Assembly (NCBI RefSeq): GCF_035084215.1
Contig: NC_090349.1
Coordinates: 24,614,001-24,678,000 of the forward strand
Source of the DNA: Heptranchias perlo
Taxonomy: Eukaryota
DNA length: 64,000 nt
Direction of reading: 5' to 3'
Shown here in pieces: positions 9,895-23,023 of the stretch. A model generated the notes under the pieces. It saw nothing but the letters and a program-made list of their open reading frames with translations, did not search any database and was not told where the DNA came from. Both the position numbers and the translations under genes were made by a program. Every line of letters begins with the position of its first letter. The stretch's first letter is position 1.

Positions 9895-12819
9895 AAACAA
9901 CAAAAATGGTAAAAAGACAAAATTAAAGGTTCTTTATCTGAATGCACGCAGCATTTGTAATAAGATGAATTGACGGCACAAATAGAAACAAATGGGTATG
10001 ATCTCGTTGCCATTACAGAGACATGGTTGCAAGGTGACCAAGGTTGGGAACTGAACATTCAGGGGTATCTGACTTTTCTGAAGGATAGAAAGAAAGGAAA
10101 AGGTGGTGGTGTAGCTCTGTTAATAAAGGATGAAATTGGTACAAAAGTGAGAAATGATCTTGACTCAGAAGATCAAGATGTAGAATCAATTTGGGTGGAG
10201 GTAAGAAATAGCAAGGGTAGGAAATCATTGGTGGGAGTAGTCTATAGGCCCCCTAAGAGTAGCTACACTGTAGGGTAAAATGTAAATCAAGAAATAATGG
10301 GGGCTTTTAAAAAAGGTAATGCAATAATCATGGGCGATTTTAACTTTCATATGGATTGGACAAATCAAATTGGCAAAAGTAGCCCTGAGGATGAGTTCAT
10401 AGAGTGTATTCGGGACTGTTTCTTAGAACAATACGTTGTGGAACCAACCAGGGAACAGGCCATTTTAGTTCTGGTAATGGGTAATGAGACAGAATTAATT
10501 CATGACCTCAAGGTAAAGGAGCCCTTAGGAAACAGTGATCATAATATGATAGAATTTCACATCCAGTTTGAGAATGAGGATCTTGGATCTGAAACTACTG
10601 TATAAACCTAAATAAGGGCAATTACAATGGCATGAGGACAGAGTTGGCTAAAGTGGACTGGGAAAACAGATTAGAAGGATTGGCAGACATTTAAAAAGAT
10701 ATTTTATGACTCTCAACAAAAATATATCCCAGTAAGGAGGAAAGACTCCATGGGAAGGTATACCAACCATGCTAACTAAGGAAATTAAGGATGGTATCAA
10801 GCTAAAAGAAAAGGCATACAACGTGGCAAAGATTAGTGGTAAGCCCGAAGATTGGGAAAACTTTAGAAACCAGCAAAGGAGGACTAAAAAAATAACGAAG
10901 AGGTAGAAAATAGATTATGAGAGTAAACTAGCAAGAAATATAAAAACTGACAGTAAGAGCTGTTACAAGTATATGAAAAGGAAGACAGTAGCTAAAGAAA
11001 GTATAGGTCCCTTAGAGGATGAGACTGGGAAATAATAATGGAAAGCAAGGAAATGGCAGAGGCATTGAACAGATATTTTGTATCAGTCTTCACAGTAGAA
11101 GATGCTAAAAGCATACCAATAATAGTAGATAATCAAGGGGCAAAGGGAAGGGAGGATCTAAAAACAATAACTATCACTAGAGAAAAAGTACTAGGCAAAA
11201 TAATGGGTCTGCAGGCCAACAAGTCCCCTGGATCCGATGGCTTGCACCCAAGGGTTTTAAAAGAAGTGGCTACAGAGATAGTAGATTAATTGGTTGTAAT
11301 CTTCCAAAATTCACCAGAGTCTGGAAAGGTCCCGGCAGATTGGAAAACCTCAAATGTAACGCCCCTTTTCAAGAAAGGAGGGAGACAGAAAGCAGGTAAC
11401 TATAGACCAGTTAGCTTAACATCTGTCATTGGGAAAATGCTAGAATCAATTATTAAGGAAGTAGTAGCAGGACATTTAGAGACTCAAAATAAAATCAAGG
11501 AGAGTCAACATGGTTTTATGAAAGGGAAATCGTGTTTGATAAATTTATTATAGAGTCCTTTGAGGAAGTAACGAGCAGGGTGGATAAAGGGGAATCAGTA
11601 GATGTAGTGTATTTGGATTTCCGAAAGGCATTCGATAAGGTGCCACATAAAAGGTTACTGCACAAGGTAAGAGCTCATGGTGTTGGGAGTAATATATTAG
11701 CGTGGATAGAGGATTGGCTAACTAACAGAAAACACACAGTCGGGATAAAGGGGTCATTTTCAGGATGGCAATCTGTAACTAGTGGGGTGCCGCAGGGATC
11801 AGTGCTGGGGCCTCAACTATTTACAATATATATCAATGACTTGGATGAAGCAAGCGAGTGTAATGTGGCCAATTTTGCTGATGATACAAAGATAGTTGGT
11901 AAAGTATAAGTTGTGAGGAGGACACAAAATGTCTGCAAAGGGATATAGATAGGTTAAGCAAATAGGCAAAAAATTGACAGATGGAGTATAATGTGGGAAA
12001 ATGTGAAGTCATCCATTTTGGCAGGAAGAATAAAAAAGCAAAATATTATATAAATGGAGAAAGACTACAGAATGCTGCGGTACAGAGGGATTTGGGTGTC
12101 CTGGTACATGAAACACAAAAGGTTAGCATACAGGTGCAGCAGGTAATTGGGAAGACAAATGGAATATTGGCCTCTATTTCAAGAGGGATGGAATACAAAA
12201 GCAGGGAAGCATTGCTACAAATATACAGGATGCTGGTGAGACCACACCTAGAGTACTGCGTATAGTTTTGGTCCCCTTATTAAAGGAAGGATATACTTGC
12301 ATTGGAGACGGTTCAGAGAAGGTTCACTAGGTTGACTCCTGGTATGGAAGGGTTTTCTTATGAGGAAAGATGGAGCAGGTTAAGCCTATACTCACTGGAG
12401 TTTAGAAGAATGAGAAGAGATCTTATTGAAACATATAAGATTCTGCGGGGGCTTGACAAAGTAAATGCGGAGAGGATGTCTCCCCTCATAGGGGAATCTA
12501 GAACTAGGGGGCATATTCTCAGAATAAGGGGTTGCCCATTTAAGATGGAGATGAGGAGAAATTTCTTCTCTCAGAGGGCTGTGAACCTTTGGAATTCTTT
12601 GCCCCAAAGAACAGTGGAGGCTGAGTCATTGAATATATTCAAGGCTGAGTTAGACAAATTTTTGATTGGCAAGGGAGTAAAAGGATATGGGGAACAGGCA
12701 AGAAAGTGGAGTTGAGGCCAGAATCAGATCAGCCATGATCTCATTAAATGGCGGAGCAGGCTCAAAGGTTCAAATGGTCCATTCCTGCTCCTATCTCTTA
12801 TGTTCGTATGTTCTTATGT
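9895..12819 (+). mobile_element. CR1-clade LINE, near-complete degenerate ORF2 (APE endonuclease plus RT) with 3' microsatellite tail
   Basis: [54 protein letters not shown]; tail (TGTTCTTA)n; TSD AAGTA at 9890-9894/12820-12824; empty site at ~52160. Confidence 0.93.
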
Positions 12820-13231
12820 AAGTACAGGGAAGTCACACTTCACTCTAGACAGGACACAGTAATCTGTGTGAGATCAAACTTTGACGGGAGAAATGTCACA
12901 TGGTTTGAGTGAACAAAGACACAGCAATCTTTGTGGGGAAATGGCCGTTTCAAAGCCAGTTGTCTTTAAGTGGTGTTTGAATGGCAGACCGAGACGATCA
13001 GTGTGTATTAAATAGGTTTCAGTAGGTGTGTCCAGAGTATGAGGAAAAGGTGGCACAAAGGGACCATGCTTTGGCTGTTAGTTGTGTACAATACTGAAGC
13101 TGCTGTCTCTACCGTACTGTATCCAGACGCAGGCTGGAATTAAAGAATGTATATCTACATTTGATTGTACCCTGTTTGTTCAAACTGCTTTTAATAAAGG
13201 ATAGACTTTCCTTTAATTGGAAGAAGCCGAG

Positions 13232-13830
13232 GCATAAGAGCAGGGAGTTTATGCTAGAACTGCATAAAACATAGGTTAGGCCACAGATTGAGTACTGCGT
13301 ACCGTTCTGGTCACCACATTACAGCAAAAATGTGCATGCACTAGAGGGTACAGAGGAGATTTACAAGGATGCTGCCAGGGCTGGAGAATTTAAGCTATGA
13401 GAAAAGATCGGATAGGCTGGGGGTGTTTTCTTTGGAACAAAGGAGGCTGAGGGGAAATTTAATTGAGGTATATAAAATTATGATGCGAATAGATAGAGTG
13501 GAAAGGAAGGACTTATTTCCCTTAGCAGAGGGGTCAGTGACCAGGGGGCATAGATTTAAAGTAATTGTTAGAAGGATTAGACGGAAGCTGAGGAGAAATT
13601 TTTTCACCCAGAGAGTGGTGTGGGTCTGGAACTCACTGCCTGAAAGGGCGGTAGAGGCAGAAACCCACAACACATTTAAAAAGTACTTGGATGTGCACTT
13701 GAAGTGCCGTAACCCACGGAGCTACGGACCAAGTGCTGAAAAGTGGGATTAAGCTGGATAGCTCTTTCTTGGCCAGCACGGACACAATCTGCTGAATGGC
13801 CTCCTTCTGTGCCGTAACTTTCTATGATTC
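13232..13830 (+). mobile_element. CR1 LINE 3' fragment
   Basis: LEQRRLRGNLIEVYKIM...FFTQRVVWVWNSLP; TTCTATGATTC tail. Confidence 0.85.
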
Positions 13831-13899
13831 CAAGCCTACTGTATTCTGCTTACGACAAGTATTCGTTAACATAGAAGACTACCACCTTCGTTAACAACA

Positions 13900-15050
13900 A
13901 TAATGAGGACATGGAGGAGGAAAGGATGGAAGCCAGGAGAGTGCAGCAGCATCTTTGCAGGCAACACCTGACCCACATGTGTCCACTCCACAGGGTCTAC
14001 AGACCAGAGAAGACCTATCTGGATTTTTGCCATGAGAAGTATCTGAGAAACGGCTGAAACTGTGACTGTCATACGTGTTGGAACTTGACATGCAACCTCC
14101 TTCCACATATGAACATAAGATCAGGAGTGGGCCATTCAGCCCGTCGAGCCTGTTCCACCATTCAATTAGATCATGGCTGATCTGTACCTCTGGGGGCACT
14201 GCCTTCTCTGTGGCTGTGAAGGTGACAACAGCCTTTAACTTTTGTGCATCCAGATGCTTCCACGCAGCCTCTGGTAACATTAATCATATCAGTCAGTCGG
14301 ATGTTCATCGCTGCATTACACAGGTCATGGGTGCTCCAGATATGCCACTGAGTTCATTAACACCCACGTGGATACAGCAACGCAGAGAGAAAGAGAGCCA
14401 TCAACTTCTTCCCAAGTGGCTGTAATTCCACAAGATGCAGGGTGTTATTGATACCACCCAGTGGCAATGAAGGTCCTGTCTGGAAACCCCACCAACCTCA
14501 TCAACAGGAAGGGATCTCATTCCCTCAAGCCATCTCATTACGCATGATAATGTGTGTGACCTAGTGTGTAGCCCTGATTAGTTTACTCTCAGTCAATCCA
14601 GGATACTTGGACTGATCATCTTCAGCTATGTGACAGGGTGGCTCATAGGAGACTGGGGTACATGACCCAGCCTTGGCTCATGCCACATTTTTGGCATCTG
14701 AGGACAAAACCTGGGCACTACCAGGATCATTGTAAACAACACCCATCGTATTCTCAATTCCAATTTCCCTGTATTGGGGATTCATGGAGTAACATCCAGC
14801 AAGGGTTTGTAGAACTGTAGTGACTTGCTACAACCTCCATAATGTGGCCATTACAAGGGGATTGCACCTTCCAGGCATAGAAGGTGAAAAGGAAGAAGCT
14901 GAGCTAAATGAAGCCATCTCAAAAATTGTGGAGAGCTCAGGGTGAAGTACACCTGCCTGGATCTTTAGGTGTGGGTATCAGCAGGTCGGGGCCAGTAACT
15001 GCCTAAGGTGCCTGATCAACCTGGCCTCTCTCCACAAATAGAAGTGGACC
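13900..15050 (+). pseudogene. HARBI1-like Harbinger transposase remnant (segment A), with a short inverted CR1/SINE 3' end at ~14110-14190
   Basis: HRVYRPEKTYLDF, SVAVKVTTAFNFCAS, HISQSDVHRCITQV, QGVID, NRKG and GYMTQPWLM motifs across frameshifts. Confidence 0.75.
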
Positions 15051-16739
15051 CCAAGAGAAGCCCAAATGTCCTTTGTGGAGCCTGGAGGAGAACTCCTGTA
15101 TTTTCTGACAGTCTTTTTCTGGTCCCATCTCATTCTAAAGATGTGATTTTCCCCCTTTAGGTGGCCCTGTCATGTAACGTTATGCCATAGCACCACCTTT
15201 AGGTGTAATACTTTGAGACCACTGAGTAGGCAAAACTGTGAAAGATGGAGTTGAATGTGGGGAAGTGTGAGGTCACCCACTTTGGAACTAAGAGAGACAT
15301 CAGAATATTTTCTAAATGGCAAGAAACTAGGAACTGTGGAGGTGCAAAGGGATTTAGATGTCCAGGTACACAAATCACTAAAAACTAGTACATAGGAAAT
15401 CAAAAAGGCGAATGGAATGTTGGTCTTTATCGCAACAGGGCTGGAACACAAAGCGAAGGAAGTTTTGCTTCAGTTGTTCAGAGCCTTGGTCAGTCCCAAT
15501 CTGGATGACAGCGTTAAGTTTTGGACAACGCACTTCTGCCAGCTGTGTGTGAACCTCTGATCTCCTTGTATTAGTTGCTTTTAATGCACCAGCTTGTGGC
15601 CTGTCCCATCAGTGGCCCAATCCTTTGGTTCTCTTGAAAAGTCCTCTTGGCGATACCAAACGCATTGTTCATCGACCAGTCAGCTATGTGCTGTAAGCTG
15701 TGCTCCTCCGAATTTTGCCACTTTGCTTCCCGAAGTCCAATCCTGATTAACAATGCCGTACTAGATTACTAGAGTATAATCACTGTCCACTGACAAATAA
15801 TTAACATCCTGCAACGAATCTCCTCTTTGCGCACATACCCCTCCCACACAGAGCAGAATAACCATTCCACCATCATAACCCCTTGTTTCTCCAGCCCAAT
15901 CCCCAATTTCCCTTTACCCCTCTTCCTGGACCTCTCTCCCCCTCCTCTCCGCGCCCCCTCTTCCCTCCCCTATAATGATGAATCAAGATACAGCAAGTAT
16001 TTCTAATGTAATTCATATTTACATCAGCTATTATCCAACTCCTATGATGGCAACCGAGCAACATCTCCAGGGCAGTAGTTCATTTATTCCTCTGGTAGTT
16101 TTTGGATTCCACTCAAGAATGAGGCACAAGTTGCAAAACAGTAAAAGTCTCAGCATTGATTGGTCAATTGCAATTACATAATAATAAAATATTGGAAGAT
16201 CTAAATAATAATTAACAGCCAGAGGAGAACATTATTTCTCTATACCATGTAAAAGTTTACAAAGTAATTATTAATTATTAAGTAATTATTCTACTTCAAA
16301 TTTTTTCTCTTTTAGTTACCGTCCTTGTTTCTATTTAGCTGTATTTTTCGTGGCCTTTGTTGGTGTTTTGTAACACATTTTCTCAGTAAACCACCTCAAG
16401 ATTATACCACAATGGTTCAGTACTTCCAGCAATGGTACGAGAGAAATATATTGTGGTTGGGTGGAGTGGGATGCGGCTGGCAAGGGAGAATTTTACATAC
16501 ACCAGGACACATCACAATCTCTAAACCCTGTAAAAAATTGTTCCATTACTTTAAAGAATTTAAAGAAATATTTTGCAGGTGCATAACACTTGACTTTGAA
16601 AATTGCAGTTTATTTCAGCACACATTCATTAGAAACACATTACCTGATTAAAAAATGTTTCAACTTCAAATCATTCCAAGGCTTTGCACTTATTCACAGG
16701 CTATACTTTAATTAAACAAGCTGATATTTAGCAGATAGC

Positions 16740-17801
16740 TCATACATTCATTGTTGACTCAGTCTGGGATTGATCACAGGTATTACAGACTGGTACGTTT
16801 TTTAGATGTTGATCCAAAACTAGTTCTCTTTTGGGCTCTCTTGGTTGAATTCCTTCACTCGTTGCTGATGTGAAAAGGTTTAAATTAAGAGGAACAAGAG
16901 CTTTCTTCAAAGTAACATTAAATGTCGAACTTGAGAAGTGATAAATAACTGGGTCGAGCACACTGTTCAGATATGTCATAAATAGTGTATTATAAAATAC
17001 CTGAACAGCTGTTTCATATGACTTGCAGTCTTCTCTGCGTCTTTGCTTTGTAATTACAACAGCGAGTAGAGCAATGTTTGTGGGCAAGAAACAAAATATA
17101 AAAACCGCTGCCACAGCTATCACAAGCTTTACTGCTCGTTTATGTTTACCCCTCATTTCAGTTTCCATCTGTTTTAACTTCCAGATGATACAGGACGTGG
17201 AGTACAGGATAATCGAAGCTGGTAAAATAAAATTGAAAAGACCAAAAACAATATCGGTCCAAATTGTCAGAGGATTTAGAGGCTGGTACATGTTGAAGGG
17301 CTCACAGTATGTCAGATTGTTGTGCTTGAAGTCGTGATGTTCTGTTAAAAGGTGCAAAGAAATTGTCACTGCTAGAATCCACAGAGCACCTGCTACCTTC
17401 ACTGCACATCTTGCAGGTATCTTGTTCATTTGATGGTGAGGGTGGACCACCTTAAAATAACGATCGATCGCCGTAGCTGTAAGGAAAACGATGCTCCCCA
17501 TCCGGTTTAGGGAAATAAAGAATTGATTCACACGACATGCAGCATCACCAAAAATCCAGTTCTTCTCCCGTACAAAGTAATCTGCTCGAAATGGTAAACA
17601 GCAGATGAGCAGAGTGTCTGCAATCGCCAGATTCAGTGAATAAACAGTATTTGGTTTAAAGGACTTTGTATGAAAACAAAAGATCCATAAAGCAATTACA
17701 TTTCCGATGAATCCAAGGATAAATGTTATAATAATTACTGGTGGATTATAGGACGAATTAATGTCTTCAACAGAAGTACATTGCTGGGTCTCGTTGGCCA
17801 T
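16740..17801 (-). CDS. Hydroxycarboxylic acid receptor (HCAR2/3-like) class A GPCR, copy 1, 353 aa
   Basis: GNVIALWIFCFH, LNLAIAD, CLPFRADY, WIFGD..CR, NRMGSIVFLT (R3.36), DRYFKVVHPHH, CFLP, TYLNSVLDPVIY; ATG at 17801 in strong Kozak context ACAATGG. Confidence 0.93.
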   Translation of the reverse strand: MANETQQCTSVEDINSSYNPPVIIITFILGFIGNVIALWIFCFHTKSFKPNTVYSLNLAIADTLLICCLPFRADYFVREKNWIFGDAACRVNQFFISLNRMGSIVFLTATAIDRYFKVVHPHHQMNKIPARCAVKVAGALWILAVTISLHLLTEHHDFKHNNLTYCEPFNMYQPLNPLTIWTDIVFGLFNFILPASIILYSTSCIIWKLKQMETEMRGKHKRAVKLVIAVAAVFIFCFLPTNIALLAVVITKQRRREDCKSYETAVQVFYNTLFMTYLNSVLDPVIYHFSSSTFNVTLKKALVPLNLNLFTSATSEGIQPREPKRELVLDQHLKNVPVCNTCDQSQTESTMNV

Positions 17802-17871
17802 TGTAGGCAATATTACAGTAAACTCAGTCACAGGCACAGAAATGAGTTAATTAACTGAATGATGCACAACG

Positions 17872-17878
17872 TTATATA
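17872..17878 (-). promoter_or_regulatory. Candidate TATA box (TATATAA) about 70 bp upstream of the GPCR ATG
   Basis: Present at the same spacing in all four copies, including the diverged copy 4; Inr-like TCAGTT/TCATTT downstream. Confidence 0.45.
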
Positions 17879-19082
17879 GAATTCTTCCACTTTACATCAT
17901 AGATCATGGGTGGGGCTATAATAAAGTCAGACTATTTATCGAGTTATATCATAAACCTGCCAGCAATTCTCCTGGAACACCTTCAATATGCATTTACAGA
18001 TAAATCATTCAAACTATACACCAAACCTATGCAAATATATCAGGCTTTGAATTTGGCTGGAGACGTTATGATAACATAAAACTGTATGGTTCTACTCATT
18101 TTGCCTTCATAGATTCACCCAAAGAGGAAATGCTGTAATATTCCTTTTATCTGCCTTGTTAGAAAATTTGCAATCCATGCTCACTGTCAAGTTTTCATTC
18201 CCAAAATCAAAATACTATTCAGCAGAGTTGGTTAGCTACCTGCTGATGAGAATGAATTTTATTTTGTAGAAGCTCTTTTTAATGGATTTGTGTCTGGTCC
18301 TTAATTTGCAACAGTTCTGTGGCCTTGCAAGAAAAAGTGTTGGTAACTTCCTGCCACACATTCACAGGAGATAAGTGGCTCTTCTGTCCTCTCTCCACCA
18401 CAACATCCTTTGCTAATTTTTCTTTTCCTTCAGAAATCATAGAATGGTAACAAGATGGCTTCATGAGGTTTAACGCTTCTGAAATAGGTGAAGAGGACTA
18501 TGGGTTGGTACTGTTGCCTCAACTGTACAGTGCGTTCGGCAATTGGGCAGTGTGATTTTAGCGCACTTGCAATATAACACTGTGAATTTTTCCAAAATCA
18601 GTAGTGTGTTCTCGGTAGTGACAGCTCCGTGATGAACTGACTTTGCTGCACTTGTATTAATGCATCCAGTACTCTCCTGATGGTAGTGAATCGTGATAGG
18701 GTACGGATTCATTCTTCAAATTTGAATCCCACATTAAGTGCTGGCAGGGTATTATATGGTGTTGGATGGCAGGGTACCAGCAGACAAACCCAAATCTGTC
18801 CTCACCCAGTTGCCACACAAACAGGCCTAGAAATTCAATCACGTCCAAAAAAGGGCACACAGTGGTGTGCACTGCACGCGCCTTTTCAAGTTATACCAGG
18901 CTGCACGTTAAATTGATGCAGGTGTGCGGGTAGAGCGACCTATGCTATTCATTTGCTGCATGTCTCTTTGGCAGGTCCGGATATCGGATGTCTCTGCCAC
19001 CACTTAAAGGCAGCCAGCAACTCTTAAAGGGGAGGTGCACTCTGGCAGCAGACAGCAGGAAGCGCCTGCTGAAAGGAGAGAA

Positions 19083-20252
19083 ATGGCTGTAAGACCTGCA
19101 CATTGGGCCTCCAGGTTCTGCGATGCTGCTTTGGAGGCTCTGGTCCAGGTGGTGGGCAGGCGCAGGGAGATCCTGCTCCACCCAGGGGGCAGAAAGCTCT
19201 CCAGGAAACACCTCCGCCGCCAGTGGGAAGAGATTGCAGAGGAGGTCAATGTTAGGAGCTTATTCCCAGGACATGGTTGCAATGCCGGCAATAGTTGAAT
19301 GACCTCACCAGAGTTGTCAAGGTAAAAATACTGCTCTCTTACTCTTTGCTCACACCTCCACCATCTCCAGCCTCACTACTCACAAAACTCCCATCTCCCA
19401 CTTCCCTTCACTCTCCTACAACCACTGCACCACACTTCACTTCACTTCCTTCTCCTCCTACTCAAACTCTGCACTTTCTACACTCACCACTATTCCAATC
19501 CTCAGTTCCCAACACCTCACATCTGACATACTGCAGAAGAAATATTCAACCACGACACATACATTCTCCAAACACATCACAAGACTCTCACTAACACACT
19601 CCCTTCTTCCTTGCAGCAGAAGGTTGTGCACAACTCCAAACAGGACGCTGCCACCTGAGGAGGCTGAGCCCGCCTGCACACCCTGTCCCTGGTCGAACAA
19701 AATGTGCTGGCCATCACAGGCAGGGGGAGAGTTATGGACGTGGTGACTGACAATGGTGCAGGGTTTCCTCACACCTTATTCCCTTCTTACTTCTATTTCG
19801 CTCTACCCACTCTGCATGACAAACTGCTGCTGCTTTTATCAACCACTCATCTCTCCTTGCTCTCCCTTTACACTAAAATATAACCCTTGTCCCTCTCTAT
19901 CGTTTCAGGTGCTGACAATGTGGTGATGCCTCCGTCACTTCAGGAAGAGGTCACGTCTTCACTCAGTGAATGGCCAGGCACAAGTGTGCAGGAGCTTGGA
20001 CAGGGGGACAGGATGTCACAGGTGCCAGCTCACCGGAGGTTGAGTAACATTCTAGCTCTGCTGCAGAGGACTCAGATGTTGACTTCGAGGGCCCAGGCTA
20101 CCAAAGTAGGCTGATGGGCATATACCAGGAAATACTAAGTACATCAAGCAGCCTGCTAGTGAGCAAGGAGGAGTCCAGTTCCAACTTGTGTCAAGGCTTC
20201 ATGCAGAGCATGGAGACCGTTCTGTTCAACATGCAGGGCCCTTCACCTGGTG
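19083..20252 (+). pseudogene. Harbinger Myb/SANT gene remnant (multi-exon), segment B; interrupted by the copia element
   Basis: RFCDAALEALVQVVGRRREILL...QWEEIAEEVN...WLQCRK*LNDL, GTAA donor at 19322, acceptors TTGCAG (~19615) and TTTCAG (~19908). Confidence 0.75.
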
Positions 20253-20257
20253 TCCTG

Positions 20258-20472
20258 TGTTTATAAATCGGATAGCCAGGTGTTGAAGGATAGAATACTA
20301 GAGCCGAGTCTTCCGTTGCTTCCACGCCTTTATTCACAAAGCTCCACATTACACCCACAGCAAACCAGAGATCAGCTCGCTTATAAATGGATACAAGAGA
20401 GTTCCCAATTGATATGCAGCACCTGAATACAGTTAACACCAGTTGATATAAATCACATGAATACAATTAACA
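20258..20472 (-). repeat. Copia 3' LTR, segment B
   Basis: TG...CA termini, TSD TCCTG at 20253-20257, minus-strand TTTATAAG (20380-20387) and AATAAA (20329-20334). Confidence 0.9.
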
Positions 20473-23023
20473 GATTCCCTTCTCCCTCTTTAAATTACAA
20501 AAATAAACGTTATATATACAATACAAACAAAATTTTGAAAATTCAAAAATTTCCATTCTCTGTATAACTTATACTATTCAAAGCGTTACATTGTGAGGCG
20601 ACCCTTCTCCAGGACCCGTAATAATTTCTTCATACATCTACTTCTTTTAGTAAAACAATCCAACAGTTGATAGCTTGAATCCACCCATTTAATTTGAGAG
20701 ATTTCCTTTCTCTCCAGCATTTGTTTCAAGCCAGCAAGTTCAATCCGTAATCTTTTCTCACTCACATTTTTCGTAGAGTGTACATTAACCCACAATGAAT
20801 GATTTCTACATAACATTCAATGGGTATAGTATCTTCAGTACTCCCATTGTACAGGATGTCACTCAAAATATTTGCCAAATAGAATCCCATATCCAGTGCG
20901 TCGACAAGAGCCAGTGTTTCAGCAGCCAGAGTACTTTTAACAATCCTTTTTATGTTCCTAGCTTCCCAAGCTGGAGGACAACATTTCCCATTCTTCCCCA
21001 TAAGAAACACTCTGATACCAGCTGCACTAGAATACCCATCAGGAAGATTAGCATGTGAAGCATCACTAAAAATAACGAACTTCATTTTCTTTGCCTCACC
21101 TAAGGATGGAAACTTAAGTACCAATTTGTCTATATTTAATTTTTTGTAATGTTTTATCAGCCCGTAAAGCATTCTCGGCTATGGGGTGTTTTGTTGAAGC
21201 ACTGAACTCCAATACATCAAAACTGGCATCTGGTCTAGTCTGAGTGCACAAACAGTTCAACTGACCAATCAAGCTTCGTAATAGCTCTGTCTCTTCTTTA
21301 GATATAACATCACCATTCTGAGATGACCTAGTACGATTCAACCGGACGGGAGTAGCACTCTCATGAACATGTTGCAAAAAGAGCCAAAAAGATTTTGAAG
21401 TTTACCTTTCCAGCAGTGGGAGAATCCACTTGAACATTTGTATCACCCAGTTTCTCTTCAAAACCCCTCACTACCAACCTCGCTTAAGCTGAAAAGTCCC
21501 ATCTGCAAGGACTTTTTCAGTACAAACCCACCAATGCGACAAAGCTGGTTGACCCTTATGTTACCTCAGAATAAACTCCAAATTTGTTCCAACTGTCTCA
21601 CTCCCTTCATTTTGCCTCTCATACTCGTTTATCCTCAACTTTATTGGCAGCACCCAAAACTTCACGATCATGAAGATTTCTTCTTCTAGTTCTGTTACGT
21701 GACTGTTCTGTAGTCTTTGTTTCATTGTCTGACCTGGTCAAGCTACATATTCTACTTCCATTTCTATGTCTGTAGGGACAACTACAAAGAGATCTCCCTC
21801 TTTCATTTCTTGTTCGCAATCGTTTTCTCAGGTGAGATTCACTTCCGGACTCCATATCACTACTTGTACTCCACTTTCGTACTCTCCACTCTTTTACCCC
21901 ATTCTGCCAGCCCATGAACCTCGATTCATGGCCATCATCCTGATCATTCAACCAAAATTTAAACCTACCAGTAGCTTTGCTGGCACATCCCAAAATTGTT
22001 GCGTCCCTCCATTCATTAGTCCCTTCTGGAACATATGTCACCTGTGTACCCACTTTGGGTAATTGTTCTGTGGATGTGATAGCTGTGTCAGATGTTGCTT
22101 CATCACTGACATTACCCATTGTCCAGTCCTTGATCGACCTCAGTCTGTACATCAGGAACCTCATCAGTAAAATCATAAACATCTGCTCAGAGTCTGAGAT
22201 TTTATAATTAATTCCAATTCATCGTGAGGAATGAACTTTAACAGTTTGATTGCCTTGTTGGACAATTACTGTCTTACCATCACAACCTATTACCTCACCA
22301 GGGTCTTTCCATTCCCTATGGCCCTCTCTTCTACAGTATACCAAATCTCCTGAATTGAACTCTGTTTCAGATGGTCTAATAAGATGCCTCAGCGCTCTAC
22401 AAATTTCCTCTGATACCTCTGCCTTGATAAAAGCCTGTCTCTCTGCATGCATAACATTTAAATGCTCAAAAAAAATGGCACTAATTGTAGTATCTTCTAG
22501 AGCAAGAGCATTATCACAAAGAACACAAGGTAATTTGGGATTGCGCCCACAGACTAGTTGGTAAGCATTATATCCTCCAACCAACTGAAGAGAATTCTTT
22601 GCATGAACTGACCATGCGAGGACAGTTGTCAATTTACACATTGTGCGATCAGCCAAAATTTTATGCACCATGCTATCAATCACAGCATGATTCCTTTCAC
22701 ATAGACCAATGCTAAAAGGGCAGTCAGTTGCTGTATTCATGACAATTATATTCATATTTTCACACATATCTCTGAACTCCGCTTTAGCAAATTCACCTCC
22801 ATTATTGGTCAAAAACTTTGCTGGTGTCCCAAGTCCAGTCCTTATCTATTTTTCCATAATTTTATCGAGAATAACCTTCTTCTCCTTACTATATATTAGT
22901 GTAGAAATACTAAATCTCATAGCCAGTTCAATGAAATGTAAGATGAAAACATTTCTGTCTTTGCCCCATACCTTTAGATCCATGGCAGCTACTCTTAACC
23001 TTATCGCCTGATGCTATTAATAC

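Noticed and set aside
17023-17337. Antisense ORFs over the GPCRs (also 28525, 41810, 60306) and over Penelope/copia ORFs
   Set aside because: Shadow frames of real coding sequence; recurrence is explained by duplication.
17802-17837. N-terminal extension MPVTEFTVILPT on all four GPCR ORFs in the track
   Set aside because: It starts at GTG (prokaryotic-style calling); the first ATG, 12 codons later, has a good Kozak context.
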